A DNA stretch of 63,440 nt, counting the filler, from Rhabdomonas costata (taxonomy: Eukaryota), in NCBI GenBank assembly GCA_019059605.1. It is 31 parts of 31 records of this genome, joined end to end, with 100 filler letters (N's around TTAATTAATTAA, not from the genome) between each part and the next. Parts side by side here need not be neighbours in the genome. Positions count along the whole stretch, not along the records: positions 1 to 1,951 come from JAHMHO010007055.1; positions 2,052 to 4,002 come from JAHMHO010007056.1; positions 4,103 to 6,053 come from JAHMHO010007057.1; positions 6,154 to 8,104 come from JAHMHO010007058.1; positions 8,205 to 10,154 come from JAHMHO010007059.1; positions 10,255 to 12,204 come from JAHMHO010007060.1; 25 more parts are not named here. One strand, given 5' to 3'. This document shows, in pieces, positions 1 through 12,304 of this stretch. The notes beneath the pieces were generated by a model, which was not told where the DNA came from, ran no database searches, and worked only from the letters and a program-made list of their open reading frames with translations. Position numbers and translations under genes: made by a program. Numbering within the stretch: position 1 is the stretch's first letter; every line of letters starts with the position of its first letter.

Positions 1-745
1 ACCCAAAAATAACAGCACGGGGAGGGTAGGAAACTTGAGTTGTGAATGCATCTTCATCTTCACACCATGGTTCGATTCTGATCAGTAGAATAGGCACTCG
101 TTATCAGCCTTCACTGTCTCCTGTGTCCCTTGCTGGAAAACGAAGGCATGCCTTCAACGTTGCAGCGTACAACACTTATGATCACATGACATTGAAGAGG
201 GCAATACAAATGTGTTTAGGTTGTGCTCGCTTGTTGGACGCGTCCGCTGTTCGCGTTGCCGTCCGATGCACTCAGTTTCAGAGGAAGCGGGTAGAAACCG
301 TCTTCGACGCGTCCTCCCTCCCTCAAGACAATCAGACAACGGGCTACTATTCCACACCCCGCACCCGCTCAATTTGCTGTAATGTAATGGATGTGCTCGG
401 CAAGGGTACTCCTGCCTTTCAGCTCAGCACTTGCGACAACACAAGAGTAAAGCAGCGACCCGGAGGGAGACGCCACCCCAGTGATGGGTTCGCCATTTTG
501 TAAGAAAAAAATAGAGAGAAAAAGCAATACGTAGTATGTTGTCCTATCAGATATAGATGTAGTAGGTGCTCGCGCCGCAGAGAAGGACCGAGGGCCCAGC
601 AACTGGGTTGGGACGAAGCCGGGCAGACAGATGGAGGTGATCCCCATCAAGACCGTTTCCAATCTAACACGACCCTCATGCACACTTTTGATTCCAGGAG
701 ATCATTTAAGGCTGGATATTCCGACATCTGTCCGATGAACAAAAA

Positions 746-813
746 CATATTATCGGACACTAGGGCGAAGAGCGGGGAGCATATTATCGGACACTAGGGC
801 AAAGAGCGGGGAG
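746..813. repeat. 34-bp tandem duplication (2 copies, 1 mismatch)
   Basis: catattatcggacactagggc(g/a)aagagcggggag at 746-779 and 780-813. Confidence 0.9.
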
Positions 814-822
814 GAAGCGTAC

Positions 823-1911
823 CCGAAAGGCCTTGGGCCTCAATCAGATGAATTTTATCCCTAAGGGGGCTGCGCTGGCGTGCCTCCATGAAGATCTGCC
901 TGGACTCCTGCTCGTCAGTGAAGGGGTCCACGCACACCACCTCGCCCTGACCCTGAGGCGGCAGCCCCTCGGCCATGGCCAGGGCGGAGTACCCTGTGTA
1001 GGTACCCAGCTCGAGAATCCGCCGGGCCCCACTGATCTGCACAAGCATCTTCAGCAGCTGCCCAGTCAGTGCTCCTGCACGAATCGGCGAGGGGACAAGG
1101 CAGAAAATTGCTGTACAGACACTCTCTAACGAGTGCTTGGACGAGGTCTGCAACACATATCCCCTTCCGCCTCCTCCTATTATGGTTTGCGCAGTTCGAA
1201 CAAAATTCTGTTTGCCGTTGCCGATCTTCTTCGCCAATTTATCCCGGCCATCGGTGTGGCACGGGAGGTGCTCTGAAGTTCCCTCCGATCTTGATGGGGG
1301 GGGGGGGGGCGAGGAGCAGACTAAACCTGCTGAGAAAAAAAGCAAGCTCGGTTAGAGAATCAAGCTCCCAACATGGTATTCGCGGCCGGTACACTTCTCT
1401 ATAGCTTTCTGTTTTGATTCAACATTATTTGGGAAAGCAGACAATTGAGTGTGTTGCCTTAGTGGTGAGATGGGTGTAAGGCACCAAGGGAGTCTGGAAA
1501 TTAAAGCTAAATCGGATGCAGGAACCGGATGGATTTCCTCCCTCACATCAGATGTACATGCGGGAATAAAGACAAACATAAAAATCAGCTGCTGGCACTT
1601 CCGGTGCACCAACCAATATGAATTCCTTTTGAATTTTCTGCCAGCCCAGCAACACCTTAAAGGCCCAATGGAAAGCTCATAGGCCCAAGGCAGCTACACA
1701 CCGAAACACCGAAGCATTCTCACCCACTCGGGCCGGCGGCAAACATACCGCTGACCATGAAGCTGCGCTTCAGGTTGGCCTGGGTCTGTTGTTCGACCTC
1801 CCTCAGCGCTGCGGACGGGGTGGTGGAGTGCGCGGCGCAGTAGGCGTCCCGGGCTGCCCCCAGCGCGCAGCAGTCGAAGACGCCCACGGTGGAGGAGCCC
1901 GAGCTGCCCAT
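823..1911 (-). CDS. SAM-dependent O-methyltransferase, CCoAOMT/COMT-like (partial; exons 1911-1749 and 1074-823)
   Basis: GT-AG splicing gives ...DAYCAAHSTTPSAALREVEQQT...MVSG/ALTGQLLKMLVQISGARRILELGTYTGYSALAMAEGLP..., which contains the ILELGTYTGYS SAM-binding motif of this family. Confidence 0.9.
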
Positions 1912-1951
1912 GAACCACCAACCCCACCATCCCTCGGTCCAACACCCCCAC

Positions 1952-2051
1952 NNNNNNNNNNNNNNNNNNNNNNNNNNNNNNNNNNNNNNNNNNNNTTAAT
2001 TAATTAANNNNNNNNNNNNNNNNNNNNNNNNNNNNNNNNNNNNNNNNNNNN
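1952..2051. other. Artificial contig spacer N44-TTAATTAATTAA-N44 (first of 30; last at 61393-61492)
   Basis: The same 100-bp block with a six-frame stop linker recurs about every 2.05 kb, and the flanking sequences are unrelated. Confidence 0.99.
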
Positions 2052-3319
2052 GTGGGTGGTGAAGAAGGGAAGCGCATTTTGGTGCACAAGCAAGGGGTCC
2101 GCAACAAACGAACGAGGGGCAAGTCCATTATTGAATTATGCACCAAACCTCAAAAACAAAATGTTGGATCTGCATTCCGGATGAACAATTTTTCATACAT
2201 TCATGCGGATGATCCCATTTTCAGGTGGCAGATACTATGAGACAGACCCTTGGCTCGCACTTCCGTGGAGAGAGGGGGTGACCCCAGTCGGACATCTCCC
2301 CATAATTGCGGCGTTTTTGAGGGGCTTGGCGATGTCTGAGGTCAAACTATGCCTGCTTTCTAGTGCGCTGAAAAATTCCACTATGCCGAAGTGGTCCAAT
2401 ATTCGCTCATCAAGCACTTTGTGGCTTTTTGCTCTAGGACAGTAATCGTTTGTTTTGTCGAAGCGTCAATTTGACGAGATGATCTTGTAGCAGTGTGCAG
2501 AGACATTCTTCTAACTGAAAGGTAAACTGGCTGACACTCGGCTTAGTCTGGTTTGGTAATCGAGTTGATGACGAAGGCGGTCCCATACTGAAAATGTCAA
2601 CTTGCAGCCTTTATGTCTTCAGTGTCCTCTTTCTGTTCCGGTGACAGTTGATTTCTGTGACGCTGGTGTATTTGACAAAAGTTTTGGGCTGCCACACCCA
2701 CACAAAAATTGCTGGCCATGTTGACCGGATAGCTATTGTTTTAGAGGCCTCATGAGCGTCCTGTAGTGGTATTTTGTCCGCAATTTTGTGGTTTGTGTGA
2801 CAGACAGTCACAGCCACAGTAAGACAGTCTGGAAAAATTACCGCTTTGACCCTGGTGAGTTTGGCGTTCCGTGCCTCGCTGTTGCCATGAAACCTAGCCA
2901 CAAGGGCTCACTTTTGATTGCCCTAGGTACAGTTTGGACTTTGAAGGATTAATCGCGCTCAACATGGTTGTAGGGCCAATGGTTTAACGTGAAACGGAAC
3001 ACGAGAACTGATGGAGGGGAGTGGGGTTTTATGTAAAAATGAGTGTCACAGATCTCTGTGCTGTCTTGCGTGGTAGGGAAATGGCTCACTGCGCCTTCTC
3101 CACGTTGTGTGGTGACTTACGAGGGCACCGAAAACCGCTAATAGAGACAAAATAGTTCTGTGGTTGTATACTTGCTGCTGCTTGGTTTTGTGCGATAAAA
3201 CTTCGCGTAATTGCCTGGTACAAATTCCAGCAGATTTGTGAAAGAAGACTTCCAAAAAGGTCTGGCATGTTGAGGAGGAACGTCCAAAACGCGAGGCGTG
3301 GGACCAACATAAGCATGCA

Positions 3320-3980
3320 GACCATCCGGTGTTGGAGGGCCCCTCCGGGATCACCGCGCCCTTGCGTGGAGACGACTCCGGCCATGCTATGAGCCGCGCG
3401 GAAGCGCAGGTAGTTTTCCGCCACGGGGGAAATGGCAACCCGAAGGGCACCGATGTCCGGGATCCAGGAAAGCGCCGCCACGGCCCAACAACCGTCCCGC
3501 CCAACCGCTGTGATCCCTGGCGGATCTGGTGGAGATAGTACCATTGAAGTCCCCATCAGCAGGGTCGGGATCCGCATGTCCAGCACTGCCACCATATCTA
3601 GGAAAAGCCGAGTAAAGACCTCCCGGAAAGGATCCCGCTGAAGAGGGGCATACACGGGAAAAACCCGCAGCCCAAGGGGAAGGCCACCCCCAGGCGGAAC
3701 AAAAACGGGTAGGATCCGAGACATCCCGTAGAGTCGCTTCCACACAAGCCCTTGAGGCATCAACAGAGCCACCGCAACGACAGAAGAAACCAGAATTGCG
3801 ACACAACTCCTGCCGCAGAGGCACATCCGTGTGCTCCGGGGGCCCCGAACCCATGGTGCATCGTATAGTCAGAGCACTGTACAAGCTTAGTCTCCTGAAG
3901 TGCAAATAACGTCGTTTCCAGCGAGTGAATAGGAGCAGGGGGGGTCCCCTCACACCCGGAGACATTGCACGTCCCCCCAC
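3320..3980 (-). mobile_element. Decayed non-LTR retrotransposon, apurinic endonuclease (APE) domain
   Basis: Across frameshifts the APE motifs occur in order: TCNVSG, FALQETKL, CVAILV, VYAP, and LLMG/DFNG (frameshift within GDFN). Confidence 0.8.
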
Positions 3981-6268
3981 CACACCCAAACACACCCACC
4001 ACNNNNNNNNNNNNNNNNNNNNNNNNNNNNNNNNNNNNNNNNNNNNTTAATTAATTAANNNNNNNNNNNNNNNNNNNNNNNNNNNNNNNNNNNNNNNNNN
4101 NNGTGTTGGGGGAGTGAGAATGCTCCTTCTCTTAGATCTTTGGCCAAGTGCTGTTCATCGGCGGCCATGGATGCTTCGCTTTGGTTTCGCTATGGTTGTT
4201 GGGCAAGTGATAGCAGTGACTGGTTTTGCGAAAATGCGGAAGGTGGCGCATTTTTGGAAGCCCTTCGTTTTCTGAATGGCCCACCTTCACTCTCGGAGAG
4301 TTTTCATTCGGCGCCCGCTGGGAGCTTACCCACACCGTTTCAACGCATTGTTTTATTTCAGCGCGGCCGCTCTTGTGAAAGGTTGGTAGGCATTGCAGGT
4401 TCCGCCCCCCCCAAAAAAAATTCGGCCGGAATTGTTTCTCTGCTCGCTCGCGCTGATGGTGTTGTGGCTTGCTGTTGTCTTTTATTTTGAGGATAAGGCG
4501 CCCAGCCGTACTCCGTACTGGGTGCGACCCGGCTTGGTGAACGGTGTACAGTTTGTATTGTTGCGGTCCCAGGAGCATGGCTGCATTTTGACTTGCATTC
4601 TTTCATTGGTTCGAGCCCACCACATGGGGTGGAGATCATAGGTCTGCAAGGGCAGAGTAGGGTACAGAAGTATCCACTCCTGACCAACGTGCCTGCTTCA
4701 CCTCAGCTCCCCCTCCGTTCGCAAGCATCTCTCCTTCTGAACCCCATGCAACATGTACAACTACGCTGAGGAACCTGCAGGCCCTATTGTCGCCCTCTCG
4801 TCTCTCGTTACTGTGGGCAGAATTCCACTGAGGCCTCGCTGTCAGATGTGTAACCAACATGATAAAATAAGCTGGGGTGCTTGACAAGTGCCAGCGATGT
4901 TGCTGGCATTTTCGTGTGCAGCGATCATTCTTGCAGGTAGTTTTTTTTGCGCGATCCTCTGACAATCCGCAATGCACAAACTTGAGATCGGGCTCCTGAA
5001 AATATGCGGGGATGGGCTATTCCGCTTCTTATTGTTTGGATTCTCCTGATGCGCTGACCTCAGGTACAATCGAAGGGACCGCATTCAGTCATCCAGGCTT
5101 GCAGGATGTCACAGGGTTCGCCACTTTTTTTTTTACGATTCCTTAAACTTTGCTCACATTGGGAAAATCGTGTATGTCAAAACGCCCAAACTTCGCGGGG
5201 AAAATAGTTTAAAAACTCGCAAAAATATCTATTTCCGAAAAACATAAATATCCCTCAGAGAGTTTCGTATCCGATCACCTTCAAGCGAAGTGCTTTCTCC
5301 TTGCTCTCCTCTTCCAAGAATGCACGCGGCTTCCTCGCTCAACCTTTTACTTTGGCTGCCCCTTCTGTGGCGATCCATCGCTCCAGCCGTTTTCGCTGCC
5401 GTTTTCGCTGCCGGTACGAGCCCCGGGTATTCTCGAGCGAATCTGACTGCTGCCTTTTTTCCGTTGCCCTCTTCCGTGTGTTGTTGCTTTTTCTCGCTCT
5501 GCTCTGGGCCATGGTCGAGCGGCTTTTTCATAGCGGTAACGCGTCAGCGTAAGTGCGTGAAATAGATCCGTGATAATATGCATATTCGTGCCCCTGCAGG
5601 TCCCTTGAGGCAAATGGGTTTTCCTGCTGCCTCGACTCGGAAGGGTTGGGGAGAGAGGGAGAGAGGGAGTGAGGGAGTGAGGGAGAAAAGTGCTTTCTAC
5701 TCATTCATAAATGGACCTGTCAGGCTACTGGCCCGCCGGACCAAATATGGGCCGCTGAGCCATGAGAGGTGCCGCCGAGTTGTGGCTCCGTTGTTTTGCC
5801 TTCGCTCTTCGGCGTATCCCCCCATGGGTTTCGGCATCGAGGAACTGTGAAGCGAGCCTTATTTTTGGGAGATACGGCGCCAGGTAACGTTTGCTTTTAA
5901 AGGCTGTCAATGGCGACGATGGGGAGCGTTCCAATGCAAAGGATTATGACTTCTGTCGGAGTGCCGGAGGGTGCTTGTTGTAGACTTGCTGGTTGTAGGG
6001 TCACTGGGGTTCCTTTGGATTTTTCACCAACTTTCGTTCCGTTCCCACCAACANNNNNNNNNNNNNNNNNNNNNNNNNNNNNNNNNNNNNNNNNNNNTTA
6101 ATTAATTAANNNNNNNNNNNNNNNNNNNNNNNNNNNNNNNNNNNNNNNNNNNNACACACAGTTTGGAACGCAGTCGGCTGGCTCCTGAAAATGATGAAGG
6201 TCCAGCATAGGGATTGCCCTTTTTTCACAAAAAATTGTCAAAAGTTGAAAATAAATTGAAAATATTGT

Positions 6269-6443
6269 CCGCGTCACCTCAAAAAAGGCACAACATACAG
6301 AACTGTGCGCTAAATCAGGCGTTTTCGGACTTAGAAGCTAAAACAGGGGGTGGAAATCTGGGCTCCAGTGCATATCGGTTGTGCTTATTTTTTCAAGCTG
6401 ATTTTAACCTCATACGTCACCTCTTTCTTTTGAGGTGACGCGG
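6269..6443. mobile_element. MITE-like element with 16-bp terminal inverted repeats
   Basis: ccgcgtcacctcaaaa (6269-6284) is the perfect reverse complement of ttttgaggtgacgcgg (6428-6443). The interior is non-coding and the element is not at a contig end. Confidence 0.6.
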
Positions 6444-7383
6444 GCCATATAGTATCTGCGTTGGGGATCTCAAGCTGGAGTCTTACTTTGTTCACGGAAG
6501 CCACTCACACGAAGGCAATCGTGTGCGTTTTTCTGTCCTGCAATAGTAATAATACTAGTAGTAATAATAGTAATGAATCAAAAAAGTTCTAACAACCGCG
6601 ACCATTCAACGAAGAGTTCACAGCTGTAGCGCGAATGTGAGGGCTGCGACACCTGAACACGCATACACACAAACACACACTCGCCCGCTCACACACACAC
6701 ACTCCGCCTTCCGTTCCCCGTGAAAGAACGCCGACCTGGCTCGCGCGTCCTCAGCGAGACGCACTTTTTGCAGATAATTCCCTCCAGCCCATTGTTATGA
6801 TTTACGTTACAAAACGCGCGAGGCGGAACGTGAAGCTGTTGTGGTGTGCAAAAGAGGAGGAAGGAGCACGTGGCTGTATCTCGTCGTCGTCGCCGTACTC
6901 GCACCCCCAAACATGCCAGCAGCACTGCACAGCGCAACACCCGCGCTCTTGCTTTGCTCTTCTTTCATACGCATATTCTCCGGTGTCGAACCAAAGCTCA
7001 CCGGGCGACCTTTGCAATTCCCATAACAGCCGCATCCTCTCTCCACCTACGACTTACGACTGCTTTCAACCCGTTACTCATACTCGGGATTGCCCTTGCG
7101 AAATGCCTCAGCGCTTTCGTGAAGGTGCTGAAGCTGCTTGATGACCCAGCAGTGGCAATGGCTTCCCGAGATGGTTTCCACGAACTCGAGCGCAAGGCGA
7201 AACCAAGAAGACATGCAGAGTCACGTCTCGCAACAATGCGCGCACACACACACGCACTCTGTGTGGGTGCCGAGGCCGAGTCCCCACTTCGCATCGTTCC
7301 CCAGCACACACTGTACTCGCTCCCTGGGACTTTTTTCGATCAACTTCCCACTGGCGCCTCGACCCTTGGCGGTGCATTTCCAG

Positions 7384-7523
7384 CAGCGTCAGACCCTCGT
7401 TCTCTATGTGGTGCAGGGCCTTCCATGGGTGCTCGTGGTAGCCACCGAAAAGGCTTCGTGGACCCAGCAGGTGTTCTCTGGGGTGCAGATCAACACCGCG
7501 ATTGTGATGGGCTGCATTGCAGG
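7384..7523 (+). CDS. Exon of a membrane protein, possibly the end of a Cache-like sensor domain running into a TM helix
   Basis: AG/GT-bounded exon QRQTLVLYVVQGLPWVLVVATEKASWTQQVFSGVQINTAIVMGCIAG. Upstream exons could not be phased confidently. Confidence 0.35.
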
Positions 7524-8204
7524 GTATGGGCCAAGACCGCGGCCCTCGAAGAAGGCCCCCACCCCCCGCCGGAACTGCTCTTCTCCCTCTTCACACACAC
7601 AAACATTTGCGCGGCAAGGTTTGATAAGCGGACCTGCCCCACTCTGTGATTACTTTCGTGTTTGTGGTAAAAGAATCTGAGGTCATATCACTGGGTGGCC
7701 TGTAGCTTTTGATTCAAAACTTGTTTCTGGATGGGGTCGGCTTGAGGCCACTGGTCCGTGGGTCCGTTTTGGCCCTACTCAGAGGGGCCCCTAAAAGGTG
7801 GTTCACGTCTTGCGTGATGCTTTCATTGCACCCCAAGTGCACCCCCAACAGCTCACCCCACTTGAGAGGCAGCTGGCACAGGGCCCCTGGTTTCTGGTTC
7901 GGGGATACGCCAGTAACCGTCCACCCGTCCGAAACCCAACCGCAGGGCCGCACATCGAAATATGTTGTACCACCATGCAGGATGTGTCTTTGGCACACGG
8001 CTGTCTCAATATTATATTTCCCCGTTCTGTGTGGGCACCAGAACCTGCATTCTCACGCTAATCCTGGTGAGGCTGCTGACCCATCCTCTGACCCAACTCG
8101 TCCANNNNNNNNNNNNNNNNNNNNNNNNNNNNNNNNNNNNNNNNNNNNTTAATTAATTAANNNNNNNNNNNNNNNNNNNNNNNNNNNNNNNNNNNNNNNN
8201 NNNN

Positions 8205-8990
8205 AGGACCCTCACGCCGCTTCTCACATCCTCCGCAGTTGTTTAGGTGGAGCAAAAGTTCACCTGCTTCGCACGGCTTCGTACGACAAATGTGCTGCCT
8301 TTGCGGAGCGTGTCCGGGACTTACTGGTTAAATTCTTGGAGTTGGGCTTGCAGGCGCTGACTGGTCGCTTGCGTCGCTTCCAGTGCGGTTGGGCGGGTTT
8401 GGCGCCTCAGACCCAGTCGTGCCCCCAAGCGGCGATTGTGTCTTTTCCTCGGCTCCGGTCGTGCCTGGCTTCCATTGACACGATTAGACCCGGCTCTGCT
8501 GGCTGCTCTTGACTCTCTTCAAGCGGTCGTCCCTGCCTTGAATGGTCCCCTGCGCGCCAGGCTGACAGCCTCACAGAGATTCTTGCTGACTCGGAAGTGG
8601 AGCAGAAGTGCTGAGGGAGTGCATGACGCCCTAGCCAAGCGCTTTGACCGTGAAGCCTGCGACCGTCTTGAGCGTCTCCGGAACCTTGGCTCTGGGGCAC
8701 ACTGCGGCGCGTGGATCACGAATCTTCCGCTGGAGTGCGGCTGCTGCTCCACCTTCGGCTCAGAAGAGTGGAGCTTGCTCGGTTTTGCCTTCGGTTTCCC
8801 TTCACACCCGGCCGAGTCTGTGGAAACTGTGGAGCACCTCAAGTTCTTCGGCGACCATGTGCTCAGCTGCTCCGCGTGCAGCATGTACGCCAGGCACAAC
8901 CTGCCGCGGAGTGAACCGGGCTGGCATCCCGACCCGCACGGAGCAACCGCTTGCGAACCACTCCCGCTTTGATGTTCTCGTGATGGACCC
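8205..8990 (+). mobile_element. Decayed CRE/RLE-clade non-LTR retrotransposon (post-RT region, Zn knuckle, start of restriction-like endonuclease)
   Basis: Across frameshifts: DPHAASHILRSCLGGAKVHLLRT, ASLPVRLGGFG, GAWITNLP, CGNCGAP..FGDHVLSC..YARHN, EQPL..SRFDVLV. Confidence 0.8.
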
Positions 8991-9412
8991 CGTACATATG
9001 GACTTTTTTGATCGGTTGGTTGTGGGTTTTCGAGGTGGCTATATGTCATTTTTATGGGTTCTCCTTCCCTTTTTGATTCTTTTGATGGCTTTGCTTGAAG
9101 TATCCAAAGGAAGCTTCCGTGCTTCGTTGAGCTCCGTTGACCCTCTGCAGCCTGACTTTCACCCAAAGAACCCAAATGGGTCTAGGAAAATGATTTTATT
9201 ATAGTCTTCGGGTTAGAGAGGTGGGCCATGTCAAGACGAACAAGCATGAACTGAGCGGAAGGATCACACACAGAGAAGAATCAACGAACAGACCCGCAAC
9301 TGGGGTGTCAACCTTGGCTTTGTTTCTCCATTCAGTGCTGTATAGTCTTGCCTTTTCTCTCGATCTTTCTTCTTCTTCTCTCCCTTGGATTATCTTTTTT
9401 TTGCTCTGTTTC

Positions 9413-9751
9413 ATGCCGTGGCCAGCCACATCTCTGGCCGGGCGATGCCTTGTCTCCCATCTCCTCCTCCTCGTTCTCCTCCTCCTTGTGTCCTCTCCCG
9501 TACCCGTCTCGGGGTGGGACTGCGGGGTGGATGCCTTCTATTTTGCGTGGTGGCGGTACCCCCGTGTGGGGCGTCCGTTCTCGCTGACCCTATACGGCAG
9601 CGTCAGCGAGACGCGGGTCCTGAGGATCAGCGCCAGGGTGGACTGCTCCACCAGTGCCATTAATGACACCCAAATCGACCCTGACATGGACTACGGGCGC
9701 ACCACAACGGTGGCCGGGCACGTGGAGTACTCTGAGATCGCCCCCATTGTG
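9413..9751 (+). CDS. First exon of a secreted or surface protein of unknown function
   Basis: ATG after a pyrimidine tract, hydrophobic signal-like stretch LLLLVLLLLVSS, GC-rich codons, GTG|GTAGG donor. Confidence 0.65.
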
Positions 9752-10942
9752 GTAGGCTCGTTTTTTTTTGCTCTTTTGCTATCTTTTTCATTGGATGGGA
9801 CCTAAATTTGCAGTTACAACCTGAAAATAGGGGGCTGGGGGGGGGCATGGATGGAATTCGTTCACTTATTTTCAAATTAATTGGTGCAAACTTGTCCTTC
9901 CGAAATTGCGGTGGAAAGCCACCGATTGCGAAAACTTTCGCGAACTGCCTACTGTGTGTATGTGTATGTGCTTCTTGCTTTTTTTTTTTTAAGATTCACG
10001 TTCGCTGGGGTCATATTGGAGGTGAAAGGTTAGGGTCTCCGTGGCCCGTTAAACTGGTAACTGGTGAGCAGGCCTCCTGTTTCTTCATGAATTTGTATTG
10101 GACTTCCAGTCGGCCCTAGGTTGGGGACTTTTGATAATTTTTGTTCGGTTTGCTNNNNNNNNNNNNNNNNNNNNNNNNNNNNNNNNNNNNNNNNNNNNTT
10201 AATTAATTAANNNNNNNNNNNNNNNNNNNNNNNNNNNNNNNNNNNNNNNNNNNNTGTTTTGGTGAAAAAGACAATATATTTTGCCTTATTTCGTTTACGA
10301 ATTAAGAAGAGCTGCGGGTCTCAAAACGCAAAAACGAAATAAGGCAAAATATATTGTCTTTTTCACACAAAACCTGAGAACTGTCCATTTAACGAGAGCA
10401 TTTCGGACGTAATAGCGGTTAGGACTTCATCTCCGGAACATCGCAGGCTGGTGGCTAAAGCAGTCAGAATGACGACTCAGCCCCTCTCACAGGGCATCCT
10501 ACTCTTCGCGACCAAGCAGCATCCTCGGGACAGAGGACTTTCGATCCCGGACTTGGAGTCGCGGAGTCATTGGAAACACACACAGGCAATCAAGAAGCTC
10601 CCCTCGGTCTTATGCTTAGTGCGTCCCGACTGAAATTAACGCGAGGCATGAGTTCAGGGCATGGGCTACACTGAATTTCTTTTTGCGCTAGCACTTAGCT
10701 TCCCGTTCAGGTTTGCTATTTTACTGACGCCTTTTGCTGCTGGCGAGAAAGTGAAAGGCGGGAACCACACCCACCATAAAACAAAGGGGTGCAACGGCAT
10801 GGGACAGCGGGATGGAAAGAAGGGACGCAAAGAACAATTGACCTTGGAAATGAAGGAAACATATTCACAACAATGTGGATTAGGGTTACCTTCAAGGGTT
10901 TATCAACCTGAACTTGAGGCGAGCACCTCCAAAAAATGTGCT

Positions 10943-11094
10943 CCGCGTCGGGTCAAAAGTGAGAACAGACAAAGCCCAAGACATACCAGGAAAGAGACTC
11001 CTTTTGAGCTGTCAGGCAGCGAGAAAGAGTCGTTTCAAGCAATTGCAAACTTTGATGTACAGCGAGTAAATTTCTCATCTGTGAGATGACGCGG
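10943..11094. mobile_element. Possible diverged second copy of the 6269-6443 MITE-like family
   Basis: Ends ccgcgtcgggtcaaaagtgagaa and ttctcatctgtgagatgacgcgg form an imperfect inverted repeat resembling the ccgcgtcacctcaaaa terminus. Confidence 0.35.
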
Positions 11095-11710
11095 GCTACT
11101 TCTGGGAGTGGGTCAGGGCGAAATGTGGCCGCGCAACGACACCTGATTGGCTGATCTCATGTTTTGCGGTGCTCCCACAGCGTTTCGTTTTGAAAATTAT
11201 GTTGACTGAACTACTCCGAGCAGAAGATTCGTACCGTGGTGTGGAAAAAAAATTGCCCTCGCCAACCAAAAGAAAGCGATAGTTTTTGCGAGATGTAAAG
11301 GTATAAAGGGGGCGTTTTTTTACCAGCGATATTTCCCAGGAAAAAGTGTGTTGTGGAATGTCTGTAAAAAGGTTGCATTTGAAGGATGGTTGTTGGGAGG
11401 AGGTATCTTTGAAAATGGCGCAATGGAAAGGCGACATAGCGACATGGTTTTCTCATGGCACGCGACTTTATGTGGTGCTTCAGGAAATTTTCAGCCTGTC
11501 TTGGACACTAAAACGAAAACGACATTAAAGCGACCTTATGTGTCATCACATCTCGCCTTTGAGGTTCCATGGTAAGTTATTGCAGTATTATCGTAATAAT
11601 TGTATGTAACTGTATGCTGGAATCATCACCCTTCTAGCCCCCCAGCAGTGGGAGCCTGGGTGCTCGCCCAGAAAATGCGCGTGTGCCAGAGAGTAGGGGG
11701 GGGGTCAGAC

Positions 11711-12204
11711 CTCAATCTTCTGGGCCCAGGTCTGGAAGTCCTCCTCGCTGAACATCCCGACCTGCTGGTGCCTCGAGAACAGCTCGGACACAGGGACCTC
11801 GGGGGTTGCATCCATGGGCTGGCGGGAGGTGCCCCAGTAATTGTTTTGCCCTGAAAAGGTTTTCCCAAATCCAGGCGAATATCAAAAACAACACAAAAAT
11901 GAGTGACACAGGGCACATACGCACTCGCGCGAGCGCCCACACACACATACTGTGCACGCGGCATGCGTTTGCGGCGCGAGAAAGGATCTCACAACTGTCA
12001 TGCGTGCGATGCGTGACACCACGGGCTAGCTGAAGGACACGCACATTCCCACGGGCCCTCGTACCTCGTCCTCGGGAGGAGCTTGCCGCTCCGTAACCCC
12101 GCCCGGACCCCGGAACCCCGCTCGAGGCCTGCGAGGTGGTGCAGCGCTGCAGCGGTGGAGGTGGCTGGGAGGTCTGCGGCGGGGGCCTCCCAGCCACCAC
12201 CACC
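11711..12204 (-). CDS. Hypothetical protein, two exons (12204-12065, 11850-11711)
   Basis: Phase-compatible GT-AG intron gives ...SSSRGRG/QNNYWGTSRQPMDATPEVPVSELFSRHQQVGMFSEEDFQTWAQKIE. Confidence 0.55.
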
Positions 12205-12304
12205 NNNNNNNNNNNNNNNNNNNNNNNNNNNNNNNNNNNNNNNNNNNNTTAATTAATTAANNNNNNNNNNNNNNNNNNNNNNNNNNNNNNNNNNNNNNNN
12301 NNNN

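Noticed and set aside
6760..7380. Euglenid-type non-conventional introns
   Set aside because: Exon phases here could not be resolved, and every confidently recognised gene in the window splices with GT/GC-AG, so none can be claimed without cDNA.
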